Positions 1-13,540 of a stretch of DNA of 64,000 nucleotides are shown here, piece by piece. The DNA lies in the NCBI GenBank assembly GCA_035084275.1, contig CM068755.1, positions 10,478,001 to 10,542,000 of the forward strand. The letters are read 5' to 3'. This stretch comes from Hydrolagus colliei (taxonomy: Eukaryota). A program made the position numbers and the translations under genes. How positions within the stretch are numbered: the stretch's first letter is position 1; each line of letters opens with the position of its first letter. The notes under the pieces are model-generated. The model worked only from the letters and a program-made list of their open reading frames with translations, was not told where the DNA came from and made no database searches.

Positions 1-1619
1 TGCCACCTTTTATAACTGTCCTGTTATTGAAGTTGCAAACAACCTGAGAGATGGAACATTTCATTCACAAACAATACTTTAATGGATTCACCGAGAAAAT
101 GCCATGCAATTTAATCAAATCGCCTGCTGTTACTTGAAGCTTGGATTATTCCATAACATTACAATTCCACACCCCAACAGAGGTGTTCAATATTACTGCT
201 GTTAGAAATGCTTCAGATATTTAATTTTAGCTGTTCATTGCAGGAATTTGGAAGGCATTGGAATGGAAACTGACAGATTTGTTGTCTCAACTGGAAATGG
301 GCTTGTATAATTTAGTGCATGTGAAAGGGTAGGGGGCAGAATAGGATGGAGTGGAGTGGGGGAAGCTCCAAATGAAATTGGAAATGTTAATTGGTGCAAA
401 AGATGTTGGTTGTCCTCACTTCAATGTAATTTTTTAGACTCAAAGGTAGGCATGTTTAGTAATATAATGTACCAAAATCTGGCAAAGGATTGCTTAGTGT
501 TGTAACAAAACACAAAATGAGAGGTGGTATTCTGGAGTCGGCTGTCCAATTGAGGAAGGAACACTGAATCAATGTTAATTTAAAAATATGTATAAATCCC
601 ACACCTACATAGGAACACCTGCAACAACTTCAGAAACTATTTTGACTGCTGTGAAATGTAGTGTTTCCTTCTCATCATGTTTGCTTTCTTAACACATGAA
701 GACATAATTACATTTGTTTAATATTTTCATGTGCCTTAATTCCACGCACACAGCACTGAGTGATAATTTTACATCCTGCCACTCTCCCAAGAGTGTTAAA
801 CACATTCAAGACAAAACAAAAAATTCTCCACTTAAATTTGATTAACTAGAAATATGGGAAGTTTGAAAGAGCAGTGCTTAATTACAGCACTGAAACTGTT
901 TCTGCAAACTGATAGTTGTTTGTAATCTTCCCTTCTGTCTTTCACTATGCTCCCGGTAGTGAGGTAGAATACAAATTTTGTTGTTGTTATTGTATCAGCA
1001 ATTAAATGCAAGGATGATTATTAATATTATTATTTCACAAAATCTGTAAAGGCTTGTTTTGTGTTAAATCCAGTAATTATTATACCAGTGCAAAAATTAA
1101 ATTGGAATATACTATAATCTTTGGCAGTAATAGAGTACGTTGGTATATGATTTAGACAGATGTGCAGTTGGTCCATTTCCTCTTGTTTACAGCTGTGTTT
1201 CTTTGTCCTCTTCATTCTTATTTAACCTTTCTCTAATAAAAACATGCTTAGACTTGTATTCCACGTGAAAAAGTATTCCATGAGTGCAGCTGCATTATTA
1301 AGAGAAGATTAGTTTGTAGCTACCCATAAACTTCCATGCATATCACTATCCAGAAAGAGGAAGAATATCAGCTGGATACTTTCAAAACTCGTACCTGTAG
1401 TAAACCTCAAATTCTATAGAAAAGGACCTACTCTGCCCAAAAGTTAGTTCGTGGCATAGCTCTTATTGCGTGGAACTCTACGGTGAAACATCCTCTACTC
1501 CAGCCCTGACATCACTTTATCAAAAAGATTAAGTTTAACAGAATTAATTTTTCATTGTAATAGTTTAACTACATTACATTTCTTTAAAAAAAAGTTATTT
1601 TGTTGGCTGTCATGTAATC

Positions 1620-2330
1620 TGCGCTGGCAATTGAGAGATCGGACTGTCCATCAACCACCTCCTTTATTGAGCTCTTCATTGTGGTGTTACATTCCTCTAG
1701 CTGACATAAAAACTTTTCTATCTCACCCTTTAGTTACTAATGTCCTATGCCCCCAAACATTCTTCTCTTTTGGCTGCTGATTGATCTGCTTTTGATTTCT
1801 ACTGTTTCCAATTTAGTTAATCTTGACATCAACTCAAAACCTTCAGTGAATGACCAGTCGCTCCTTGGCCCATTTCCAGATCTTGGTGCTGTGCCTCATT
1901 TATTAGTTTAGTTACTTCCTCAAACGACTTTGATAGGGTTGTGAGGCACGACTGATTTTTACTTCTAAATCTCATTGACTGCTCCTTGCAGCATCTGTGC
2001 TCTCTGAATGATTATTGACACTGCATCTTATACAATGTATTTAAACATTGCCACTAAAGATATTAGGCTAATGTGTCTCCAATTTTCAAAATTCCCCAAC
2101 AGTCCTTTTTTATGCCAAGATGGCGTTTCCTCGTGCCCATGAGTATTTCTCCAATGTTCTTCGGGTTCTGTTTCCCATTCAGTACTCTCTAGAGCTCTTC
2201 TTGAAACTCTAATGTTAACATTCCTAAACCCGTACACATTGCGTTGTTTGTTGTAACTTTTATTCCCGATGCTCCTTATGTCGGTATGAAAATATTTGAG
2301 TTGATACTTCAATACGTTTATTTCCCTATT
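1620..2330 (-). mobile_element. Ancient degraded CR1-clade LINE ORF2 remnant (RT-proximal region)
   Basis: Minus-strand translation gives EPEEHW...HKKG...NWRHISLIS (cf. CR1 VPEDW...FKKG...NYRPISLTS) and, near 1900-1952, SCLTTLSKSFEEVTKLINE (cf. SCLTNLIEFFEEVTxxIDEG). QLKYFHTDIRSIGNK resembles the CR1 endonuclease start. Many indels and stops; boundaries approximate. Confidence 0.7.
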
Positions 2331-3539
2331 TGATACTTTGTTATATTTTCTTTTCTCCCTTTAGCCCAAACTCTACTCTTTCCTTCCTCTCTTGACTGTC
2401 CACATACCTTGACTCATTCTTTCCCTCTAATAAAGCTACGCACTTTGTTTTTATCCTAACAATGGCATAACCATATTGGCTTTGTTTTCAGCTGTAGCAA
2501 TGTCATATTGTAAACGGTTGGTTGGTTTGTTATTTCAAGCACAATTCTAGGTGGGGAAAAAAGTGATTCTTGTTGGGTCCCAAATATTGACTTGCAAAAA
2601 TCCAAGAGAAGATTAAAGCAGCTTTTGAACAGTTTCCACGTTAATTTGGGTAAACATTCATCAGAACTTTCTTTATTTTTAAGCCTCAAAAATCGTTAAA
2701 ATTGAAAAGAAAAATGGCAACCTGTTTATTTTGGAGCGTTTTGTTTTCACTAATGCCTTGCATTGAAACAAAATAGTGCAGCAAATTCAATAGTGGCAAA
2801 CAATAAAAGTGATTTAACAGTTTTTTTTGAGCAGCTGAATGTACCGTTAGAATTTCCACATTGGGGTATTTGCATTTCTGCAAATGTTAGTGTTCCTCCA
2901 TATATTTAAATCAGAAGTTGAATTCAATGCAAATCCAACAAAAATATTACTTCAGATAGGAAAATATATTTTTTTTCATCTCAAATCTACTCAACCATAC
3001 TTACACAGAAACTTGACGAGTTTACTTTACCCAGTTACCAAAATCTCTACTTTTAAGCTTCACGCATGCAACACAGCAGCACAGAGTACCTGCTATGTCA
3101 ATAACATTTCAGTTAAAGCAGCTCATGAGGTGAGTGAATGGGCTAATGATGTGCATTAATATTTAACCCATGGTACAATTTGTGCAATTGGCTTAGGCTC
3201 ATTTTACTTCAGTAGATTTATGTGAGATGTGAATGGATCAGATGTGGCGCATATTTCTACTACATTAGGCCTATACTTCAAAGGAAACCTGTGTGAGATT
3301 TTCTTACACAGGAATTTGTAATGTGTAATTGTGTTTCAACTTGTGTTTTTGTTTCCTTCAAAGAGATTGATCTTTTTATTGATTTCATTTTTTAAAATCA
3401 TTCCGCATTGCTTTGAATCCAGTACAGTCACTATTATGATTTGTTCATTTTAATAATAAAAGGTATAGTGTTTTAGTAGGATCAAGTTTTTCTGCACACT
3501 ACAAAATTTCAGCTTTTGATTCTGATAAAGGATCTTGGA

Positions 3540-3615
3540 CCTCACTTTCTCCATAGATGCTGCCTGACGTGCTGAGTATTCCCAGCAACTTCTGTTTTTG
3601 TTTAAGATTTCAGCT
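3540..3615. repeat. Short interspersed repeat fragment resembling a Penelope-like terminus common in cartilaginous fishes
   Basis: ctccatagatgctgcctgacgtgctgagtattcccagcaacttctgtttttg resembles a repeat end I recall from sharks. Family assignment is from memory only. Confidence 0.4.
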
Positions 3616-3688
3616 CTCCCTGGTCCACAAAAGTGCATATTGAAATTATGTAGAGAACATGGCAAAGTTTTTATAGGTATCTGGCAGT

Positions 3689-3999
3689 ATAATATAATAA
3701 TAATCCTTGTATTTGATATAGTACTTTTCACGACTTCCAGAAGTCTCAAAGCTTTTCACAGAATATACTGTAAAGTGAATTTAGTGTATATTTGTGGACG
3801 GCAGCCAATTGCGCACAGCAGTGTCCCACAACAATCGTGGATTGAAATGAACAATTTTTAAAATTGTTTTAGTTGGAGGGATTGTCATTTGGCCTGTGCA
3901 AAAAGGAAACTTGTCCACAGTTTCGCCCTGACCTGCCTGGATTCAAACACAGGTCTCAAGCTTGTAAGTTGAGTGCTCTAACCACCGAGCTACAGGACT
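3689..3999 (-). mobile_element. Full-length tRNA-headed SINE (Deu-domain-like core, L2-type tail, (ATT)n end)
   Basis: Reverse complement starts agtcctgtagctcggtggttagagcac (A box), contains gggacactgctgtgcgcaattggctgcc and ends caaggattattattat. Aligns with the 21017, 26021 and 48366 copies. Confidence 0.9.
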
Positions 4000-6900
4000 T
4001 AAATGGTACTTATATTTGATTAATGGGTCAGATTGCTTAAATATTTAGAAACATTCTTGGGACAACTGACATACACTGAAACCCTAAAAGATGCTTCCAG
4101 CACATTGATAATTATATGGTATTGAGGGCACCCAGTCCCTGTGGAATCATACTTAGTATGAGGTACATTCAATAGAGAAGACTTGAGGGGGAACAAAAAT
4201 GATTCAAGTGGAGATGGAGATGGAATCAATGTGAATTGCACTCCATCTTTTGTTCAAATTGTTGTTGGCTGGGTTTTCACTCTTAGATTTTAAATTGTGA
4301 AATGTTTCATGCAAGTGAGAATGCTTTTTATGAATTGCAATCAAGTTTTTCTTGGCTTGACCTTCTTGTCTAAGGTGGCTAATGTTGACTTAACTAGTAA
4401 CGTGTTTTATACTTGCTAACTTTGTTCTGTGATGAGAGCTGAGCCAAAGCCCCTGGCAGATATTTTAAGAAAAGCTATTCATTTGCAAATCATACTAATC
4501 TTATTGTCAGATGTTCTTTTAATGTAAGCAGGATTGGTCTGCGTGCGTACATTAAAGCAAAAATTCTCCTGATGGAAACTCATTCCATGTTTTCAGTGGG
4601 CTTAATTGGGCAAGAATGTTCATGTTATTTTCAAACTCACATTAACCTGTGAAGATTTTTACAAAAAGACGAAGGAAAAAAGTGAAAATACTTCTCAGAG
4701 GTGGAAAGTTTTCATAACCAGCCTGATTTACAACCTTTTGCCATGAATAACGTTTACTGACTTCAGGGGAGAAGCCAGAGGATAGTTCTTGACTGTATGT
4801 CTTTAATCGTCTCCTTGCTTACTGCAATTTAAGATGAGTCATTTCACAAAGGGTGAAATTTAGCAAACTTATGCTACCCTGGGAGGGGGAGAGTTCTACT
4901 CAGGGGGGAATAAAACAAATTAATGTAGTAGATAAACAATCGCAGACAAAGCTAGGAAGGCTAAGATTTGGGAAAATTTTGATCATAAGCAGAAAGGTCA
5001 AAACAACAGGATAGGTTAAGCTTGCATTAAAAAGATCGTCTGTCATGCCATCTATTGGTTGTTCCTTTGCCAATGCCTCTTTAATCAGTTTCAATGATAA
5101 TGTGCAATGTATTGAAATTCCTTGTTGTTTAGATGGGTTTCACTGTTGGTTGAAGATTTTGGGGGTTCTATGATCAGCCAATGAACCTACACACAACTCA
5201 TTGTTGTTTTAGGTTAGAGGATTTTAGCTGTTTTAAATGGCAATTTACTGAATTAAATCCAATTAATGCACTATATAATGGCAGCTGTGCATTTAAAGAT
5301 TTGTTACACAGCTATAACTTAGCTATTTTAAATATTACCAGTTTGAGGTGTGGAATTTGATTGAATTTTTACAGCTTTCATGTAAAAAGGTAAATCTTTT
5401 ACATGGAATGTGTTGTATAATGCAAGTTATTAATTGGTTGGTTTTAGGGAAAATGTGACTACTGTATTTAATCAGACACCCAAAGGGCTATTTTGTTGTA
5501 AAGAGAAAATCAGTTTATGGTGTTAGACACGTACCGAGCAAATGCTGCATGCAGTTCAGCAGTACAATAAATGTAACGTACTTTTGGGTTGAAGATTACC
5601 CAGTCCTTCCAATAAGCTTCACTAAGGTTTAGTTTCACTCTTAAGAGCAGTAGAGGAACAGAGTCCATGCATGATGTAATGCAGTTAGCCAGGATTTACA
5701 CTTGGCTAAGCAAATGCGAGTGCCAGAACAGGAATGATGTCATTCACGTTTTAAAGAGTCATTGTGCTACTGTAAGCACACTCCATTACAGTGCTCTGCT
5801 TTAGTAAGAAAATATCAACCCCAGCGGTGGATGGCTAGCTCAGGCCTTGGCTGCTTCTGTTCTATTCTAGCCAGACTCAAATGACTTAAATTTTAAAGTC
5901 AATTGCCAATTGATACAAGTATTTTTCCAAGAAATGCAGTTATATGAATAACTTTAAAATAATGCCTAACTCTGTCTGGTTTGAGAGTTGAACTGTGTGA
6001 GCAGTATTTTGCCAATCTTTAATAATCTCTCAGAGGCTGTAATATATTGGTCTTGTGAGTCTTGTGTGTGGAATGTTTCTCCAAAACCTATTGTGTAGAA
6101 AAGGGTTTTGGTTACTACTTCAGGCCGTTGGGAAAATACAATATAGGCCAAATGGGTGCCTCATATTCTGCTCATGTGTACGTCCGTCTACGCAGACAAA
6201 CACATTACCAAATGTGTTTACTGGTTGATGATCAAGACTGGAAATTTCAGGTACCAACAAAGTCAGTAATTAACCAAAGAAGAAATTGATGAGGATGTCA
6301 GCACCTTGGAACGTCCTCTCGACGTCAAAGGCACTCTACAAATATAATTTTGTTGTTGTTGTGGAGAGGGAAACATTGCTGAGATGCATCCAAAACAGCG
6401 CAGTGTTGCTCCAAGGGCCTGAATTAATCTGGATCTTTTTCATTATGTTCATTACTAGGCGGAAATTCCAGTACTGTAGCAAATAAAAATGAGTGGCCTA
6501 AGGATGGATGTTCAAAAATACCTCCTTTTATGTCTAAACCGGTCATGCAGTTAATACTTTTCTATTGTGTAGCCTCACTGTTTCTTTTTATTGTAAATTC
6601 ATGAGGTTCATATTGATGGATTATGTTAATTAAGGAATTTCATTCATACAAAATGTAATCCGCCTTTATGAGTATTTAAATTGTTTTTCTTTATTGCTGT
6701 TTTGATCTGTTTTGGAATGTTCTGCTGTAATCCCCAAGCATTTCACATGTTTATCTGCCATATTATTTTAAAAAAAGTGAAGCAATGAAGAGTTTAATCA
6801 AAAGAAAAATACCAACCTTGGCACAGTATTCTATCCCTGAGAGGAAGGACTTTCCAATTAAGCAGCTGCAGGTCCAGATTCTGTGGTTGCTTTGAATCTG

Positions 6901-9353
6901 CTAATTGTGATAAGCTTTGTTCATTCTCTTCCTGTCCCAAAACAATGTTCCACAGAAACTAGCATCTGATTTCATGCACAGCAAATCTCTAGACTGATTA
7001 ACAATGGGTGTGTTTGCCCACAACACACCAGACTCATCACTCTACAGTATATACTGTACTGTGAAGCACTTCGAGATGTCTCAGACGTGAAAAGGCACCA
7101 AACAAATGTTATGAGCATGTGAGGGACAAATGTAAATGTGAAAGCTGGAGAATATCGTAGATCTCCTCGCCTCCCAAATACTGCCTCTTAGTATAACAAG
7201 TTCGTACTGAGAAACTTGTAGCCATTGCAACTGAAGTATTAACCTTTTAAAGATGTGCAGAGTCTCTTGTATGTTTTTACTGATGGCATGTTGATGTGTT
7301 GTAAATGATACTTTTTCCCCCTTGCAAACCTTTGTGTAATTGTTTGCTCACTGGATTGATACTGTACGTGCTCTGAATGTGTCCATTTTATCACTAGGAA
7401 GGGTGATTTAGGCACCTACTGGCTGATGTTGGCAAGGTTGACCCACGTGCAGAAAGAATATCACCATTGCCCTCACTGAAGCAGAGCTTGTGATATGGTT
7501 AACACAGAGAATGCCACTATTCAGACCATCATTTTTTAAAAAAATCACATATAAACAAAATCTTAGAAATTCCATTTTCTATTTATCTTTAATATGGTTG
7601 GCAACATTAGTTTTCCTGGGAATTATGCTCGTGATGTGATCAGTATTTTGATTCCTAGCTTAAACATTACTCACTGGGTCTACAATATATTTTACGGTTC
7701 AATGAATGTCCTAGATTACATAATTTGTCACTAGAACTGATGTTTCTTGTTCAGAAAACCAGCCACTTCAGGAATTAAATGTGTAATTCTGTTGTTGTTC
7801 AAATGTTTTTTTTCGGTGGGTTTGCAAGGGAAAAGAAACTGAGAAGTGAACCTACTAAATCTTGTGTGGAATTCAAAAGCTTGTTAATTATTTTCACGAA
7901 GATGAACAATGGGATTTCAGTGGCTGAACATCTCCGAACTCACCCAAATGGTGTGAGTAATTGGTGTGAGCTGGGATCCTGAGCTTAGACTAAACTGGTG
8001 AGTTTAATGAAGAAAGGGCTACTGTGGGCTTCAAAGGGCATTTAATACTGAAAGACAAAGATTAAGAAACCACCATTCCCCATGTTTTTAAAAAGTCCAG
8101 TTCAAAGAAATCTTGCTTGGCTATTCACTTAGAAATGTTTCACTTCAGATATCTGAAGTTAGTATTCATTCATCAAACAAATATAAAATATTCATGCTTT
8201 GATTTTCTATTACTGAATGAAGCCTATATGCTACAAAGGATGACTAGAATTGTGTCATACAAGAAACCTAGAATGAATGATTCAGTAAACCCTAAGGGGC
8301 TAAGAACTAATTAATTAAGCATGAAGCAATAGGCTTATGCTTTAATTGGCTCCATCCACTAATGCAAAATCTTATTGAAATAATAGTCATGAATTCTACT
8401 CTGAACTAGATCATGTGATAATATTAACGTATTCTAAGACAGTAGGATTAGTACCAACTTCCCAACCATTCATGATGGATTTTTTGGTTAATTAAGCAAC
8501 TCTAGGACCTGATGATGAATACCGTAAAAGCAGTATTTTGTGGTCTACATTTTTCTCGCTGTTGGTTGTAATCCTCACTACTTGAAGCTACCTGAATAAC
8601 TAACATGATTTTCAGAAGTGCCTGCCGCTGATAAAATCTCATGAGATAGAGGGGCAAAAAAATCTAGTTATTATAAAACTGTTATATGAAGATCACATTT
8701 TTGGAGGTATGCCAATGTTACCATCTTGGCAGCTTTACTGTCTGGCATTGGTACTGAGGATCCTATCTAACTGCATTGTTTGTAAACAGAAATGTCTGGC
8801 TTGCAAATTCCCCAGAAAGTTTTTTTAAAATTCTCGATCCAAAACGTATTTGTAATGTACATGTATGTACAGTATCAGTGCAGTAGGCCAAAGTGAAACG
8901 CATGCCATCGTTTTGGAGACCTTCCCAGTCATTATTTGGTTGAAAATATATTGCATGTTTCTACATTATTTGGAGTTTGACTGCTCTTAATGGACAATCC
9001 ATCACTGAAATTCCATTCAGTTCTTTTGACTTGCTGAAAAATGGTGCATGTCAGGAGTTCAGGCTTAATAGCTTCACCAATTGAGTAAAGAGGAACTGGC
9101 TCTTAAGAATACCTTTATAATTACTTATCCAATAATCAGTTGAGTAATTCCTGCCTGCGGTCTGGAACCAAAGCACATTTTCGGTTGTTACCTTTTCAGC
9201 TATCTTTTAATTATGCCTTCGAGCTTTAGACTTGGCAACAAGTGGAAACTGATCATCATCATCCACCTTATCAAATCCATTCAGAGTTTGAAATGCCTCT
9301 TTTAACAGAACAAAATTGCTAAGCCTGCATCAAGACTGTTAACTTTCTTTCAG

Positions 9354-9527
9354 CTGGATGGAGATGACAGGAGTGATCAAGAAGAGTGTGATATGAGTGA
9401 TGATGAAGAGGAGAGCCTAAAGAATGGCACTGGATTGAACAGTCGTCCGCTTAAGATCGGGCAGCATGAACAGCATGAGCTGCGTCCTTCCACAGCTTCT
9501 TGTTGCATCAATAAGAAAGTGCAATGA
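9354..9527 (+). CDS. CERS3: Terminal coding exon of a ceramide synthase (Lag1/TLC family), likely CERS3
   Basis: Acceptor aactttctttcag|CTG, then LDGDDRSDQEECDMSDDEEESLKNGTGLNSRPLKIGQHEQHELRPSTASCCINKKVQ* (57 aa, TGA at 9525). DxRSD plus an acidic stretch is the CerS2-6 tail hallmark; LKNG and GQH echo CERS3. Upstream, same-strand position relative to ADAMTS17 matches human synteny. Earlier exons not found in the window. Confidence 0.78.
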   Translation: MDGDDRSDQEECDMSDDEEESLKNGTGLNSRPLKIGQHEQHELRPSTASCCINKKVQ

Positions 9528-9744
9528 GATCTGAGAGCAATATCTGCAAACTGAAGAAAACTCAAGAAAAAAAAAATCTGATTTTATGTACTTATTAGGC
9601 CTGCAACAGTGGTGTTGGCATATGACCCATACTAGTTAGTGACTGCTACTGTGTTCAATCTTAGTCAATATACTGCATTGATTTAGGGAAACATTGTAAA
9701 TGTGACCAGTAAATATTTGCCCAATGAAGTATTCATTTTTTTAC

Positions 9745-11569
9745 AATAAATTTGTCCACCAATTGATCAGGTCTGATTCACAAGGTGTCTTCCAATATAT
9801 TTGCTGTAATTGTACAGTTCCTAAGTTGACTTCATTTATATTAAGTTGAATCAATGCAAACCGTGTAATAAGAGTTTGGTAAAGTTTCTGTACATCCAGC
9901 ACCATTTGAATCTGCTGTTTATCCAGAATTCCTACCCATAAAGTCTATTAATACATAATGGGCCAAACGTTCCTCCGAATTGCATTGATATGAACACGAC
10001 TGTAATTAAAAAAAATTAAGATTCAACTCCTGATGCAATCGAATCCCAGATCAATACTAAACTACTAAATTATAGCTAGGATGAATTGTGTGGTGGAGTG
10101 TATTGGGTCAATCAATGCATAGGTGTGGGTTTCTATCATTCATTTCTTAATAATATTTCAAAATGAAATGGAGTAGTTCTTTCTACTGAATTTCTCCCCC
10201 TGAAATATAACCCTCCAGCGCAACCAAGAACTACAAACCAGCCAGGTTTGTTTTTATTCTTGTAGTACTGGGTTTACCCAATCTCATCACTGTGGTATTC
10301 TCAATAATGTTTCTTCAGCTCTATGAGAATTGGGTTTAAGAATGCTTTGCTATTTTCAATTGTATTTCTGCTCTTGGCTCAGTTCTCGACTCTGCGAATC
10401 TCAAGGTTCAACGCATTTTAGATCCCAAATCTTGCATCAGTGTATTTCCACTCTTCAGATAGGTTAAGATTGTTTGAAACATTCAATGAATGGCAGACAT
10501 CCCTTCACAGTTAGGGGAAAAAGCTGTGTAATTAGCTGAGTGGGTCAGAAGCTGCATTATGAAACTGTAAGCTTATTACCGTTGACAGTGCTTCGTTTTT
10601 ATCTGATTGAGAACTTACTCATGTCTGAGTTTTGGTTAGTACCAAAAATCGAAGTTCCTTCCCTATAAAATGGATATAAGTGAGTATGAAATGTACTGGT
10701 CGTTCTACAGTAATAATTGAATTTGACAGACAGATTTGTACTTCAGTCAAGTTCAGCTACAACCAACGTGGGTGCCTCCATTAATGTTTAATTCCATTTT
10801 GCTAGTAACCTGTGTGTGTCAGTGCTGAATAGTGGTGATTAGCATAGGATTGTGAGCTAATTAATTCCAAAGTAGAATGATGGCCCCTTGACTGTAATGC
10901 CACCTTTGTGTAATCGAGAACCATTTGTACTGATTAAATGGGGACTTAATAGCGTTTGCAATCCAATGTCAAACTGTATAAGTTGAATTGCAACTGGAAG
11001 CTTGCCATTTGCATTGTTCTTGCATTTTGTTAGGTTGCTGCATTCTTTGAAAGTAACCAAATTGCAGAATCCAAACGTTTAATATTTTTGCCTTGCCAAA
11101 GAACTATTTTTGCTACTTTTGCTTCATTTTTTGCATTAAATGGATAGGATTTGCATAATACCTTAATATTTCTGTTCTACTTTAAAAAGGTAAAAAAATA
11201 AAACCTTGTTTACAATAAAACTAACTCCTGTACCTCATTATTTACTATGTCCTTGTCAGCCTGGTTCGGTGGTTATACTCTCACCGCCAAAGGTTGTGGA
11301 TCCAAGCTCCACATTACACCATGCCAAATACTGTACAAGGATAAATATTTAATCATTGCATAGTGTCAAAAATATGAATTTAACATTCTCTGAGTCGGGC
11401 TGGGTCAATCACCTCAAAGTCAGAATGTTGCTGGATGGTGCTCGGAACTGAAACCTCTGGCTAACTTTACTCTTGATTTATTATCATTCCATGATTGACC
11501 AGCACAAATTTTGATGAAGCTTTTGATATCCTCTATCTGTGTTGGCTCCGTTGCTCAGTTTTTAATAAA
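9745..11569 (+). terminator. Candidate polyadenylation signals of the CERS3-like 3' UTR
   Basis: AATAAA at 9745, 11197, 11214 and 11564; the last two are followed by T/GT-rich sequence. The site actually used cannot be determined from sequence. Confidence 0.4.
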
Positions 11570-12165
11570 AACACAACTGGGAATCTGTTTCTTGTTTATT
11601 TGCTTCAATGTACGTAACGTGTATACTAAGAGGTCCAGGCTTAGTATCAAATCACTTGCGGTTGTTCTGGAGAAATAAAAAAAAATTACATTAACTTTTT
11701 TTTAAATTCAGATTTATGATATCAAAGCAAAAGAATGATAACTAAAACTGCAATGTGCAGGTCTGGACAGGGATATTTCGATTCTTGTGTCTTCCTAATA
11801 ATTTTACTAAATTGCATGCTGCAAAATGAAAAGCAACTTCAATCAAATGCTCATTTTAATGATTCTTATTAATATTTAAAAAATAGCTTGAACTGAAATC
11901 AAGAAAGTACAAAAGAGAATTGTAAAACTATTGACTTCATAACTCTTGTTGCTTATGAAACTAACATGATTGTGAAATATTCCAATTAAATGGGTGTTAA
12001 GGAATTATGTATTTAAATGTGAATGTAGTTCTATGCAGAAATGGTGAGCATAAATTCTGCTACGGTAAGTAACCCATGTGATTGTTTACATACATTTGTA
12101 TCAGTGTGGAACATATGATGAAAACCATCATGTCTATTCCTTTAACTGCTTCACAACTTAAATAT

Positions 12166-12412
12166 AACAACAACAACTTTGATTTATATAGCGCCCTCCA
12201 CGCCAGACGGCGTCTCAGAGCGCTTCACAGTAGCGGATCCCGGGACCCAGGCAAGGGCAGGAAGGTGACCAAAAGCTCGGTCGAAGAGAAAGGTCTTCAA
12301 CTGTGACCTGAAATTGGGAAGAGAGGAGGCGAGGCGAAGCGAGTGAGGAAGGGAGTTCCAGAGCCTCGGGGCGTAGTGGCTAAAGGCATGGCCGCCGAGG
12401 GTGGAGCGGAGG
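12166..12412 (-). mobile_element. Young 5'-truncated L2 LINE 3' end with (TTG)n tail
   Basis: Minus strand encodes LRSTLGGHAFSHYAPRLWNSLPHSLRLASSLPNFRSQLKTFLFDRAF (typical L2 ORF2 C-terminus), then gtgaagcgctctgagacgccgtctggcgtggagggcgctatataaatcaaagttgttgttg. CpGs are retained. Confidence 0.88.
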
Positions 12413-12415
12413 ATT

Positions 12416-12700
12416 TAAGAACTTAAGAAATGCTAGACAAAAAAAAGACAAGGTCCATCTAGTTCACCTGCCACCTTCCTGGCGGTCACATGCACATATT
12501 TCCCAAACTGAGTATGTACTATATCCCATAATGTTATTTCCTAAAAGAAAACTAATCTGTATTCCTGCTTCAACCGTCTCCATAGGGAGCCTGTTCTACA
12601 GATTCACTATTCGCTCACTAGAATAGTGTTTCCATAGATTTGTTCTGAATTCACACCCACATCGCAGGCTGTGCGCTCTGATTTTACTATTTACTGTCAA
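12416..12700 (-). mobile_element. CR1 LINE 3' end fragment abutting the L2
   Basis: Minus strand KHYSSERIVNL*NRLPMETVEAG matches CR1 RKHFFSQRVVNLWNxLPxxVVEA; short ttcttaag repeat tail. Confidence 0.7.
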
Positions 12701-13540
12701 TTTAGTATAATAAATAATTCTTGCACTTGATCTAGCTCCTTTCACAATGGGAGGATAACTCAAAGCTCTTCACAGGATTCACATAGAAACTGAGCATTTT
12801 GCCCACAAAATACAAAGTAGTGGCTTGTTACTGTCCCTGTAGGTTGCTGAATCTGTTGCTGCAATAGAAGATTGCAGCCGGGTGGATGTTTTTCTTTTAA
12901 ACTCATTGGAACGTGAGTTTCTAACGTGCATGGTTTGCAATGTATTTTGAAGCCAACAATCACATTGTTTGGCCTTGGAATTTGTTTGGCATAAACCACA
13001 ACTTAAATGAACCAAGATTTATTGAAGGAAATGCTAATTAATGGGAAGCAACTGTGCAGCTTGCCATACAATCTGAAAAAGGCCACATTTTAATGTTATT
13101 CGTATGCTGCCTTGTCCATTGAACAATGGAGCTGAGCCCCACAGGGTTACATTGACTGGAGTTTTGTGCACTAATATTTTGTGCCTGAGCGCAACTCTGG
13201 TTCTGATTTCAACCCTCAGTGGCTATTCCCGTTAAATGTACCACATCTTCTTACTTGAAGGGCATATCCATTCAGGCCACTAACATTTCTCGTCACAGTC
13301 CTGGCATTGTAGGCGAAGTCCAGGTACCTTGATCAGAATGAAATTCCAGGTCTTCTGCTACTCCACGTCTTGTATGTGTATCTATGTCTTAATATATTTT
13401 AGGTATATTTAATATTTTGTGACTGTTTCATAATATAATCCTCCTGCTAAGATTGTATTGTAATCTGAAAATTGAAGTCCACTGAATAGTCAGGTGCAGA
13501 AAATAAATCAAGTTATTTCAACTGGAACCACAGTGTCCAT

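Noticed and set aside
6062-6486. ORF snippets FGYYF and IWIFFIMFITR resembling ceramide synthase TLC segments
   Set aside because: Flanking residues do not match (no FFN..L..LH..W, no RL...PFW), the order is wrong, and no fitting splice sites were found; treated as chance.
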